Assembly: GCA_002269645.1 (NCBI GenBank)
Contig: NIVC01001450.1
Span: forward strand, 1-64,000
From: Macrostomum lignano
Taxonomy: Eukaryota
Direction: 5' to 3'
Length of the DNA: 64,000 bases
Part shown: positions 12,080-24,470 of the stretch, piece by piece
Layout of the letters: the number at the start of each line of letters is the position of its first letter
Numbering within the stretch: position 1 is the first letter of the stretch
Notes under the pieces: model-generated
The model's input: the letters and a program-made list of their open reading frames with translations, nothing else
The model's database searches: none
Told to the model about the DNA's origin: nothing
Position numbers and translations under genes: made by a program

Positions 12080-12802
12080 AAAGCAGCATCCAGATTGACT
12101 GGCAATGACTCTGCTAGTAGATGACACTGGCCGCCGTCCATGACTTGCTGGATGAGTAGCTCTCTATGGAAAAGCAGCATCCAGATTGACTGGCAATGAC
12201 TCTGCTAGTAGATGACACTGGCCGCCGTCCATGACTTGCTGGATGAGTAGCTCTCTATGGAAAAGCAGCATCCAGATTGACTGGCAATGACTCTGCTAGT
12301 AGATGACACTGGCCGCCGTCCATGACTTGCTGAATGAGTAGCTCTCTATGGAAAAGCAGCATCCAGATTGACTGGCAATGACTCTGCTAGTAGATGACAC
12401 TGGCCGCCGTCCATGACTTGCTGGATGAGTAGCTCTCTATGGAAAAACAGCATCCAGATTGACTGGCAATGACTCTGCTAGTAGATGACACTGGCCGCCG
12501 TCCATGACTTGCTGGATGAGTAGCTCTCTATGGAAAAGCAGCATCCAGATTGACTGGCAATGACTCTGCTAGTAGATGACACTGGCCGCCGTCCATGACT
12601 TGCTGGATGAGTAGCTCTCTATGGAAAAACAGCATCCAGATTGACTGGCAATGACTCTGCTAGTAGATGACACTGGCCGCCGTCCATGACTTGCTGGATG
12701 AGTAGCTCTCTATGGAAAAACAGCATCCAGATTGACTGGCAATGACTCTGCTAGTAGATGACACTGGCCGCCGTCCATGACTTGCTGGATGAGTAGCTCT
12801 CT
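12080..12802. repeat. Tandem repeat, 91-bp unit, about 8 copies
   Basis: Unit AAAGCAGCATCCAGATTGACTGGCAATGACTCTGCTAGTAGATGACACTGGCCGCCGTCC... recurs at 12080, 12171 and onward, nearly identical. Confidence 0.95.
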
Positions 12803-14859
12803 GGGAAGTAGAAGAATGCGTCTAGCAGGGAGGATGGCCCCAACCAGCCTAGGAGGCCAGCTACCTAAAGGAAGGCTTGATCCTTTGCCTCTAAGCCTTC
12901 TGGGAAGTGGCCATTGAAAAGTGACCTGAGCAGTTGCACTTTGATGGCAATCAAGTGCAAGTGCTAAGCTGGTCTCCTAGTTTTACCTCAGCCCTAGATT
13001 GTCTTAAGACTGCCTAGCCAACCAAGGAGACCATGCCCTAGGCCATCATGGATGCCACCAATGATGACCAATGGTGATCCAGATTTGTACAATGCATGGC
13101 TCTTCTATGCATGTGGTAGTTGGAGCTACGTTGCTCCTTTTTTAACTTTTTCTATTACTTATTCTAAAAATTTTTTTGACTTATAGCTTTTCTACTTTAA
13201 TTAATTTACCTAGCACTACAGCTCTATCTATCATCCCACTTTCATAATTAGCTCTAACTGAACTTTATTTAACTGCAACATTTAGCTCCTCTATTTTTGT
13301 TAATCAATAAGCCATAGCATTGCCTTAAATTACTTTGCCCATAGTAAGGCATAAAACTCGAAACTCAAAATAGCTCTGATGATAAATAGTCTAACATGTC
13401 AATTACAATGGTGGCAGAGTTATGTTATTCTTAATGAACATATAAGAATATCAATACGTATATATCAAATTGATATCAAAGGCCCTAAACAAACATGCTG
13501 ACTGCTTAACTATGACTTTAACTACCTTTCCCTTGGAGTTAAGGACCTTGGCAGATGGAGCATCTAGGCAGATTTTATCAGTTTATTGAATTAGATTTTT
13601 TGCTTGAAAGGCATGAACTTAAGTATAGGTAATAAGTTAGATTAACCAAACCTGACTGATCAATACATTTTACTCAATTTGTTCCCAATTCACTTTATTC
13701 ATATTCTTTCTAGTTTATAGAATACTTTATTAAAAAATAATTCTATATAAGGGCCTAGTTTCATTTTCAATGTTGAATTTTAATCAAGATGATTAAAAAT
13801 TAGTTGTGGTTATTTTTATTGCTAAGCCATAAATATAGCCCAAATACTAATTCTTATAGCTGGCCATAAAATGTTAAAAGTTATTACTATGGCTAAGCTT
13901 TAAATATAACAGATTTGTCTATTTATATAGCTGAGCCATATAAAATAAATTTGCTATTTGTACCTAAGTAGTTTTGTACCAAAATGTCACTGATGTTAGA
14001 TTTGTGCTATATATTCTTGCCATTAAAGACAAAAACAGCAAAAGGGCCATTCCATATAATTATGGTTGTAACATGACAGGCTATTTTTACTTATAAAATG
14101 AAATCTAATAATAGAATATACTAAACCAATATTTTGAATAAAGGATTATTTTGTCAAGAATATATTATATAGTTTAATATAGATATCATCATTAATATAG
14201 ATGCTATTAAACCTTGAATGGCACTTATGGTCATAACAACAGGATTTTTGACACAGAAACTAAAAGATAAAAGTCTTATACCATTTTTCATTTTTGATAT
14301 TTTGCAATACATTTTTTAAATTTGACTAAGAACATCTTTTGAAATCATATTCTTTTATTAGAATATATAAACTCATAAAGGCAACAAAGATACAAAAGAA
14401 AAGGCAGCCTTATGGTTATAACATTATGGTTGTAACATATTTTTTTCTGTCAATTCAGTAACTTTGAGGTATTAATATATTAAAAATATAATAGATTATA
14501 TGGTTGCTAATTTTTTATTTGATTATGCAAGTACTATAATTTTATCTATAGTTTGTTAAAGCTTTCTATTTGTTTTTAAAAGGTACACAAAGTTAATGAT
14601 GTATTTTGCTTAGAAAAATGTCCAAAATTTTCCAAAAATGACTTTTTGCCAATTGATAATATACTAATCCAACATTTTACCATTTAATATATTCTTAGAT
14701 TGTATATATTACACACTTAGAACATTTGGCAAAAAAATGGCTGATAAGGCAATGGTAAGCAAAAATATTGACTTTTTTCTATTTTCCAAATATGTCCATC
14801 TTATCTGGAATGAGCCAAAATGGAAGCTGTTACTTTTGGCTTAAGAACCAAAGACCAAG

Positions 14860-15290
14860 GATGCAATAACTGCTGTCATTGTGAAACTAAAGGACTTTTT
14901 AGAAAGATGTTTTCACTTTGACATTCCCAGAGGCCAAGATTTAGATTTGCATATACTATACTCTGCATACTTTTTGGCACAAGATAACAACTTAGAAGTT
15001 TCCAATTAGTCCTGAAGAGCAATAGTAGTAGGCATTAAAACTTTTGCAGTAGATGGTTTATTCTAATTTGGAAGAAAAATACTTCAAAATTTGTAACAGT
15101 CATTTCCATTTTGTTGCAGTCCATTGTGTATTACATTTTGGACAACTGGCATAGTATCTGCCATTAGTAGGTTTGAAGGCTTGATGGCTAAAGAGATGTC
15201 AGTGTGTAACAAGGCAAACAACCAATTGGAGTCCCTCAATCAAAATATCAAATCTATTTTCTAGAAAAATGCTCCCCTTATATTGTGCAT
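14860..15290 (+). pseudogene. Degenerate MULE (Mutator-type) transposase relic
   Basis: Manual translation gives AVIV..KDFLER, then TFPEAKI*ICIYYTLHTFWHKITT*KF, ISPEEQ***ALKLLQ*MVYSNLEEKY, YILDNWHSI and ANNQLESLNQNIK. These match MULE-type motifs FP..xICxFH, YxxxNW and TNNxxESxNxxIK. Confidence 0.6.
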
Positions 15291-15309
15291 AACATTGCTT
15301 AAGACTTTG

Positions 15310-15381
15310 CTTATATACTATACTATACTACTATACTATACTATACTACTATATACTATACTACTATACTATACTACTATA
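15310..15381. repeat. (TACTA)n-like microsatellite
   Basis: tatactatactactatacta... run. Confidence 0.9.
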
Positions 15382-15571
15382 TGAACATTGCTTATATACC
15401 AAATGTGACAACAGAGCTATCTAAATGATTCAGAAACACCTATCCAAATGATTCAAAAGTGCCTATCTAATTCTTTTGCCTAAGGGAGTCCCAAGGAACA
15501 TTATTAGCTATTAATAAAGGTTAGATAGGGTTGAAATCTTTGGGCTAGATCAGGAATGGGAATATTTTTTC

Positions 15572-16357
15572 GGCATTCGTTCGTCTTACAATGCCTGCTA
15601 TACATTTCAATGGGATGGCCCCCATTCATTTTACGATGCCCATAGAAAGCATATGGCATAGGCATGATGATAAAGTTTCTGTATAATTTTTGTTTTATGG
15701 CTATACACGTATTTTGTATTTCGTATACTTGACGGATTGTTGTTCATTAATGAAAGTCAAGCTACATTTTCTGTTTCGTTTTACGATGCCTTTGGTGTAA
15801 TTCAGTCCATTATGGGCATCGCAAAATGAAAGTGAAGGGCAGTTTACTTTGGGTCTTTAAATTGGTTTACCGCTTTTGTCTCCTCTTCTTTATCAATTCA
15901 CAGGACTCTTTGTGTAATGTATGAGTTCGAGTCCAAGAGTGCCGTCTGTTGAACTTACTTGACTGTTCTTTTCAAGCATTACAAATTACAAAACTCATTA
16001 ACTTCTATGTTGTTCAATATTTACTAGCCAGCTATTATATCCGTTTCGTTTCACGATGCCCTAGATGTTGTAATTATTCATAAGGCATCGTAAAACGAAA
16101 CGGATTATAATGAAGCTCGAGCCATTAGCTTCAGTTGCTAATGAGGGCGGATACAATATTAAAGTGCGTGAGTCGTGACATTTCCGTGGAAATATAGTCA
16201 GAAGTACAAACCAACTGTGTGACTAAAATTAAGACCTCTGAAACACTGCATTTTTCCGTTGTAAAATATACATTTTTAAAGCCTTCTTGCTTATTTAACA
16301 TGGGCATCGTAAGACAAAACAGATACAATTTTGGGCAACGTAAAACAAAAGAATGCC
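15572..16357. mobile_element. Non-autonomous TIR element (786 bp) with 8-bp TSD, Merlin- or hAT-like
   Basis: TIRs GGCATTCGTTCGTCTTACAATGCC and GGCAACGTAAAACAAAAGAATGCC. TSD ATTTTTTC at 15564-15571 and 16358-16365. Internal inverted TTTTACGATGCCC/GGGCATCGTAAAA repeats. Confidence 0.75.
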
Positions 16358-16476
16358 ATTTTTTCTTGGGATCAAGATCTAGATTTAGGAATTAAGATCA
16401 TGTCTTTTAGTATATTGTAGTTTGTAAGTCCATATAAAGTTAAACAAAATTGATGAAAAGTTTTGTAACCGACAAA

Positions 16477-18648
16477 CCCCTAGTGCCATTTATGTTGCGG
16501 GAATGTTGTACAAATGTTGACGCGCAACAAGTGGTAAACGTTGCTAGAAGCGACCGTTTGTCGCGCAAAACAACGTTGCAGAATGGTTGACGCATCAACA
16601 TTGCAAAATCAACATACATCAACATCTGTGCAACATGTAGTCGTCGTGTCTACTATTAGTAGTATCTAATGTATGTGTATTATTCTATATACTACATATA
16701 TTTCGTATCACTTTCATTCTATAATATACGACGACTCTACTATTACACTTGCTTATGTCTTTCTTTCGCATGCCATGCATTAATTTTGGATTGTTGTTAA
16801 GGAACTTCTACCGGTAGTAACACTGACTACATAGTAAAAAATCTGTAGCTTGCACACAGGTTCAAAAATCGAGACTCCTACATCTTGAAATAATACGAAA
16901 ATACGGCCATGACTTAGCATTTGCTAAAAAGAATAAGTAAAATAGCAAAAAACGTTTCGATTTAAAGGTCTGCGAAGATTAGCTAATGAGCACCATTAAT
17001 TTTTTTTTGTTTTATCGTAAACACATCAGATCAGACGGTTACCATTATAGTAGGTCAAGAAAGCAATAAAAATATTTACTACATTAGATGCGCATGATGT
17101 GTATCTTTGTGTGTGACTGCAAGCTGCAACCTGCAGTGTTTCTTTTAATGAATAAAAAAGTTAGCAGGAAAATAAGAGATTCGCAAAACTATTATTAATG
17201 GCAACTGCTATTTGCATGCTGGCAAAACAGACATGTCGTTCAGAAAAGATGCAAAGATAACTAGAGATCTGATGGCGATGATTAAAAACAGCTATAGCCT
17301 CCAAAGAGATTCACCTAACCTAGAGCGAGTCTATACTGATCTTTGTTCTTAGAACTTAGAACAACTAGTTTTATTAAGCCACCAATCCCGTGAAGTCTGA
17401 ACTCCTATTTACTCAAAGTTGAGTAAGTGTACAACCGTCAACGTTGATGACTTCAAATCGTTGGCCGCCATTGTCATTATCTTCGCTGCTGTCGTGAGCG
17501 CCCTCGTCGTCAGAACTGCTGTCGCTCTCGCCACTTGCATCGCCGTCAGTGTTCATGTCTGCGCCGTCACCTCCGCTTTGCCGAGTGCTCCTTGGGCCTG
17601 CAGCCGAGTTCCGAAGTTCTCCAGTCGGACGCTGTGCGGACTGCTGTGAGCACCTTTTTCGGCGGAACCGAGTGCCTGAGTGGCGCAGATGTTCGCCCAC
17701 CGCGGATTCAATGGCCTCGCCTTTGGCGTCTTTGTGAACACTCCACACGACGTCTAAAAGTAGGTAAATACTGCCCATTAGTTTTGCTTACCCAAAGTAG
17801 ATTAGTATCTAGATATGGACGTACAGAATTGATATATATTTAACTAAGCAGCTTAAATACACATTTTATCATAGAAGAGACAAAATCCTAAGCACCATTA
17901 TGTTGCTTACTTTTGATAAAAGGCAGCAGGCCAGTTGACTCAAAGCAATACTTGGAAACGCCAGAACGCTTGGCACCACGGAGACTGAACTGATGAGCAA
18001 GCTTGTCATCCATGATGTGGTATAAGATATTAGCGACGGACTTCATTAGAGTTTTGCTGGTAAGCCGCTTGAAGAACAGAAACTGAAATGTGTGGAATGA
18101 ATTCGAATGGTAGACTAGAAATTGAATTAATAAACTACAAGACATTACACATTAATAGTCATGTCTTGTAATGTGTTATATTCTCTCATAAAATACATGC
18201 GGCAGTTAAGCGGCATCCAGTCGCTTTTGTAAATCGTGCAATGATAAAAATCATACAAAATACTAGCACTCACTGCATCATTTAAGCAGCCTCGATCACT
18301 TGTATTGGCATTAAAAGAATGTTGACAGTTTTTTTGTGGGGCACATATAGTGTTCTGAACTATAGATCTTATACAAAAAATCTATGATTTGCAACACTTT
18401 TTATTTATAGTTGAAATTTGCTCTTTAATCATTTCTAAGTCTATTTTACATCCAAAATGCAAAAAAACTTATTGATATTTGCAATCTACACTTTAATCTT
18501 TATTTTGGCAGTCTTAGTCTTACTTCTTATAATAAAGGAATGTTTAGACAAACATTTTATGATATAGAGCAATAGGCCTAATATAGATATATAAATAGAC
18601 TATACCAAATGGTATATAATTGAGGCAAACTTGAACTAAAAATAGTTA

Positions 18649-18683
<35 letters not shown>

Positions 18684-19724
18684 CATATTTATACCAACAA
18701 CATGAGTTTGTATTATATTTATATTATAGGGCCTAGCAACATATTATACTAACTAACCTTAAGTATTAGGCCTATACTAACAAATGTTTGGCCTAAATAA
18801 GGCTAAGCATAACATAATCAAAATACTTTATATATTAGATAAGCATAAAAAATATATATTAGAAACAGAGTTTCATTGCATTATTATTTACCTACAACAA
18901 CTGTGTCTTCACTTAGAGTAGGTGCAGAAGCAGATGGCCCAGACAAAAATACAATATTAGATGCTAGACCACTAAGGGCCTGGTCCTGATTATTTGCAAC
19001 TTCAGGTTCAACTTGATCTTTGTCTATCTCTTGGGTAGTTTTGCAAGTTACAATCAAGTAAACAAAAAAAGCTATGGTTGTAATCCCAGGAGCAAACAAA
19101 AAAACTGGCATTCCCAACTTAATATAGTAGCCAGGCTAAGGCCTAGGCAATAATATTTTTATGTTCTTTAAGTTTAAATTCAAGGGCTAGTGTAGTAGGA
19201 AGAGCTTTGCAACAACAGATTTTTATCTAATTAATTTTAGTTACGTTTTTGTATTCTAGGCCTTCGACTTATGCCAACTTTAAAGCTAAGCAAACATGCA
19301 ATAAACCAAATAAAAAGCTAAACAAAAAGTCAAATAGAAAGTTAGGTAAACAGTAGGCCTAAATAGCAACGATTTTTTTTGCAGCTAGAAATCCGTGTCG
19401 ATGTGCCTGACGGTAGAAATTAAATCAAGTTGGTTAGTAAAAACTGTAGCAGCTACATTTAACAAATCTTTACGTATACATTAAAGAAACAGATTCTTCT
19501 GAATTAGAATTACATAAATGAATAACTCCGTACAATTTTAATTTAAGGAGCTCCCGAATCTAAACGAGTTGCAATAATTCAATTGCCAGAAATTCACACA
19601 TTTGAAATCTTTTTCTATATCAATGTTCCTGCAACAATTCAGCAACATTTTTATGTCAACGTTGATGCCAAGCGCGCGCTGTCAACAACGTCAATGTTGC
19701 AGCAACTAAAGATGGCACTAGGGG
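16477..19724 (-). mobile_element. EnSpm/CACTA-like (CCC-terminus type) DNA element without recognisable transposase
   Basis: TIRs CCCCTAGTGCCAT and ATGGCACTAGGGG, subterminal CAACGTTG/ATGTTG-type repeats at both ends, flanked by AA(A) as a 2-3-bp TSD. Contains DUF4806-like exons. Confidence 0.7.
17413..18082 (-). CDS. DUF4806-like domain protein, last two exons (18082-17911, 17753-17413), partial
   Basis: A GT-AG intron joins ...SVANILYHIMDDKLAHQFSLRGAKRSGVSKYCFESTGLLPFIK to NVVWSVHKDAKGEAIESAVGEHLRHSGTRFRRK plus an acidic tail. Resembles the DUF4806 pattern of animal DNA transposon accessory genes. 5' exons were not resolved. Confidence 0.55.
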
Positions 19725-20269
19725 AAAGTAATAATATAATGAATACAAATTAAAACAAAATGCATTCAAGTAATCACTAATTCTTTTTTATAAATTTTTA
19801 TTCAAAAGACTTGTTCCCAATTCTCATGTTTTTTAGGGTTAGGATCTTGGTCCCATGGGAATCTAATTTTCATTGGGATCCCAAATAGTGGCAAATCTAA
19901 AATTTCATTTAAAGGGGACAGTCTAAGTTTGGGGCGCCAACATGAGTATGAGAGGCACCAATTTTAAGCTAGAGGTATAAAAAATGCATGTAGGGGCAAA
20001 AAATCAAGTTTAAAGGGCACAAATAAAGGGCACAATATGTTCTATCAAGCTGTTTTGAGGGGAAGCCTAAATCTGTGCCTAATCCCACAACTTTGGGATT
20101 GGGATTGAGATCATATCTAATTCTAACCTCTACTAGCAATTAAAGCCATTTGCTTTTTCTTGTTCTATTTTTCTCTTTGACTTTGGCTTTATTTTTGTTT
20201 CTTTCTGCTTTTATTTTTAATAGCCATGGTATATCATTGATATTATTGGTCATTGACTATTTAATTCTT

Positions 20270-21021
20270 GGCAGTGCTTATCCCCACGGTACCGTAGGAA
20301 TAATTTCTGTCTTATTCCAACGGTACCGTGCGAATAATTTTCTGCTTATCCGCACGGCACACTGAGGAGATGGCTGCCCTATCTTTTATATATGTGCCGT
20401 GGGAATAATTTTCTGCTTATCCGCACGGCACACTGACGAGATAGTTGCCCTATCTTCTACAAAGTAGTAGTAGTAGCAAGAGAATTTGGCTCAGGCAATT
20501 AGCCTGTTTGGCCAATATATTATAGAGCTATGTATTTGGCTCTATAAGCCGACGTGGGGGAAGTTCAGTACATACGATTTGAGTGCAGTATAACAACATA
20601 ACTTGGCTTGAACATTTGTTCTAAAGAAATAAAGATTTAACGACTTTTCTATGAGAAAGAATTTTTTTGTGTAGTAACAAATGATTTAAATTAAATTAAC
20701 TCTAAGAATTGTTTATTATTTAAATTTATTGTATCCTCAGTTCAAATTCCCTTTCAATAAGCTATAAACTATTCACGCACAGCATATATATGTAGCAGAT
20801 AGGGCAGCTAGTTAAGCAGAGGGAATAAAACAGAGGACGTGTAGGCAGCTATCTCGTCAGTGTGCCGTGCAGATAAGCAGAAAATTATTCCCACGGCATA
20901 TGTATAAGATAGGGCAGCTATCTCCTTAGTGTGCCGTGCGGATAAGCAGAAAATTATTCGCACGGTACCGTTGGAATAAGACAGAAATTATTCCTACGGT
21001 ACCGTGGGGATAAGCACTGCC
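20270..21021. mobile_element. MULE-type MITE (752 bp) with about 190-bp TIRs and 9-bp TSD
   Basis: GGCAGTGCTTATCCCCACGGTACCG... and ...CGGTACCGTGGGGATAAGCACTGCC. TSD TTAATTCTT at 20261-20269 and 21022-21030. Confidence 0.88.
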
Positions 21022-21387
21022 TTAATTCTTATAGTTAATTATATTATATATTATAATAAGATAGGCCTAAAGATACAAATTATAGCAATTTTTTCATTTC
21101 TTTAGGAACTACTTTATCTTGGCCTAATTGATATTGAATTCGAATATGTGTAAAATAAAAAAGCAAATTTATTATTTAGTAGCTATTAATGTTCACTAGA
21201 GGTTAAAATTGATAAATTTGTAGCCATTTTTACATCTAGAATAACTTTGTTTTTCAACTTGGCCTAGGCTAAGTCTTAGGCTAAGACTAAGAGAAATAAA
21301 GCAAATCTTTCTTTTTAAAAAAATCAATAGGGCTTACTGCTTAGGGGCCTATAATTTCAATTTTTATTATATAGGGTAGATCTCTAG

Positions 21388-21775
21388 AGGGGCATAACCC
21401 AGCAGTCTAGTGCAAGCTCTGGTATGTCAGTGACCTAGGCTTAATTCCAAGTGTAGTCATATTAATTTGGGGCTGAATTGGAATCTCGGCTTGCCTCTGC
21501 TTGTGCAAGTAATGGCCTTAAGAGCCAACCCTTTAAGCTGCAATGAAGTGTACATGCCTAACAATAAAATAAATTTAGGGCCACTGTACACTCCTGTGTG
21601 ACTGTGAGTGTGCCTATATATGTATCTGCATGCTTGTATGGCTACTCAGGGGAGTTGGTAAAATGGGCAGTAATGCCTCTCGTTGGTTGTAGTAGGCCTA
21701 TCTCTTTTAATCTCTATGCCTTACAAGTGCGCCAGGGTGCACACAACCTTCCCTGCCTCTAGCCTAATAAAAATA
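21388..21775 (+). mobile_element. Old, heavily C>T/G>A-mutated copy of the tRNA-derived SINE
   Basis: Colinear with 54704-55066 along its whole length. Confidence 0.85.
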
Positions 21776-22724
21776 AAAGGGTAAGATCTCATCAACCGAA
21801 CAAGGGATCTTCAAAACCGAACATGCAAGTGACTTTCGTTTTTAATGTCCCATGGGGAATATATTTCAAAAGTATATAAAAGTGACATCATTTGGAAGAA
21901 AGAAGACATTCTCATCTACAAAATGAGATAAAGTTTTGACAATCTACTCAATAGATACTCGAGAAAATTTTAAATTAGCATTATTGATTGAAGCAGATTA
22001 AAGAAATTTTAACCGTCTTCTTTCCAGACAATTTTAAATCTTTTGGCGAAAACGCGATCAAAATCGGTGAAGAATTGCTCGCTCTAGAGCGTTATGGACA
22101 TTCATTCAAGCATACAAATATTAGAGATTTAGTATATTTAGATAGAAATTATGAAAGAAATACACGTTTCGGAGTTATTTCTTGATAATGATTTGGGATG
22201 TCTGTAAAAGAATTGATGATTGATTGATCTACAGACCGACAATTTTTAAACTGTAATGAAATTGTAGTTTGGATTTTAAATATTGTGATTTCTTTAGAAT
22301 TTCTTAGTTTTATATTGTATTTATATTATTTTCCACTCCTGTCCCTCATTCCGTAATTGTAGTAGTATATTCGTAGGTTATCTACTTATTTTGTTATTAT
22401 TTAGTTTATAAGAAATATATTTAAATTAGAAAGAGCGTCGCGCTGGGACGGTTCGGTCAACTCGGGCTACTGGGTCGTGAGTCACAACGTAGCTTAGCGT
22501 CTTAACACTTAATAACAGCATTCATTAGCATCATATTTTAGCATTAGAGCCTTAGGTTTATCCGATTTAGTATTCTACTAGCAATCTTCGCCCCCCGTTG
22601 GGGGACATCTGTATAGAATCTCTGTTCTCTACAAGTAACAAAAAGACAGCCAAACAAAGCCTTCACAAAGACAACAGACAAACTGCTCAAATAAAGTGTA
22701 ATGCAAAAAGAAATCATCCCAAGA

Positions 22725-23335
22725 CAGCAAGCATCCCCCAGATAGCAAGCATCCCCTAGATTGCAAGCATCCCCCAGATAGCAAGCATCCCCTAGATTGC
22801 AAGCATCCCCCAGATAGTAAGCATCCACCAGACAATAAGTAGCTAGTGCAACAATTTCCTTAGCTCTATAGTGGCTCCTTTAAAATTGGCATGACGCTTA
22901 CTTTTACGTTTGAAATTGTGTATCTTTTATGTTTGACATGGTGGCTCTTTTATGTTTGACATGGTGGCTCTTTTATGTTTGACCTGGTGGCACCTCAATG
23001 TAATGATGGCTCTTTAATGTTTGACCTGGTGGCACCTCAATGTAATGATGGCTCTTTAATGTTTGAAATGGTGGCTCTTTAATGTTCGACATTGTGGCTC
23101 TATAATCTTCGACATGGTGGCTCTTTAATGTTCGACATGGTGGCTCTTTAATGTTAGACATGGTGGCTCTTTAATGTTCGACATGGTGGTCCTTTTATGC
23201 TTGACATTGTGGCTCTTAAATGTTTGACATGTTGGTCCTTTTATGTTTGACATGGTGGCTCTTTAATGTTTGGCATGGTGGCTCTTTGATGTTTGACATG
23301 GTGGCTCTTTAATGTTAGACATGGTGGCTCTTTAA
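22725..23335. repeat. Helitron subterminal minisatellites: 18-bp CCCCCAGATAGCAAGCAT units (22725-22835) and 23-bp TTTAATGTTCGACATGGTGGCTC units (22925-23335)
   Basis: The same two units occur in the second Helitron. Confidence 0.9.
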
Positions 23336-24470
23336 TTTTTAACGTTTGTTAAACGTTTTTGACGTTTGTAACGCAAGAATTTTTTGTATTTTTCGCGAAT
23401 AAACTTGAAAAGTACAAAGTGAAACTTATGAACATGGCATTAAAAGTACAACCGATATGTCTCGTATACATAGCGTGTGCAATGGCTGCATGTGACCAGA
23501 TGAGTTCCTTTAATACTCTACGTTAGTCTATAGTCGCAGCCCTCGGATTCGCTCATTCCTGCCCTCAAATCCATAGTCAGAACAATCAGTTCGGCTCTAT
23601 TTCCTTAGCCTTTGCGCTTTGCCACAGACTATTCATATTTGTTTCGCCAAAGATTAAGAAATGAAGTAAGACAAAAGCTTCATTCAGGGCCTTCGCCTTA
23701 GTTAAAATTGACATCTTGTGAGTTTCGTATATTATTCAACTTTCAATATATGGAAGACGAAGGCCCCGTCGCAAGTTGATGCAAATCGTTTTTTATGAGC
23801 TTACAGTCCACAGTTGTTACAGGTGACTTGAGATATTTTTGATTTTTGAAAAAAGACTGTCACTCGTAGTTTGCGTAAAAATCCATATACTAAAATTCAC
23901 TCTAATGTTAAGTTTTTGCGAACCTTGGAAAACTAAAAACAAAATTGTTTCGTCTTTTGCATAAATTTGCGATATAAAATAAGTAAAGTTTTTACACGAA
24001 TTATAATGAAATTTCAGGTGAAAAATAAAAGACAAAATTAACTGCTCATCAAAGATTGAATTCATTAAAAGCAGTGCAAAAGAAGGTTTGTTTCAAAAGT
24101 TACTTTCGGCTAATATGAAATTGCCTTAAAATACAAATTAACTGTAAAGTGCAAATTGACTGTAAAAATTAATACAATGAATAAAATAAGCCTAATTGAG
24201 CTTCAACATAAAGTTCATCAGCTATTAGCTCGTACTCACTGCCATTGCAATATCTACGCTTCGTTAGAAATGAGGCTGGGGCAATAAGTTTCCTGCGATT
24301 CTTTTAGGAATGAGAGCTATTGACAGCTATTGCTTTAGAGAATGAGAGCTATTACTTAAGAGATATGGGGAAATAATTATTCTATTTTCCTTAAAAATAA
24401 ATGAATATACTTTCTAGCCTTTTGCATAAGGAAAATTATTGCTCACCCCTCATTTTTTACAATAAATAAA

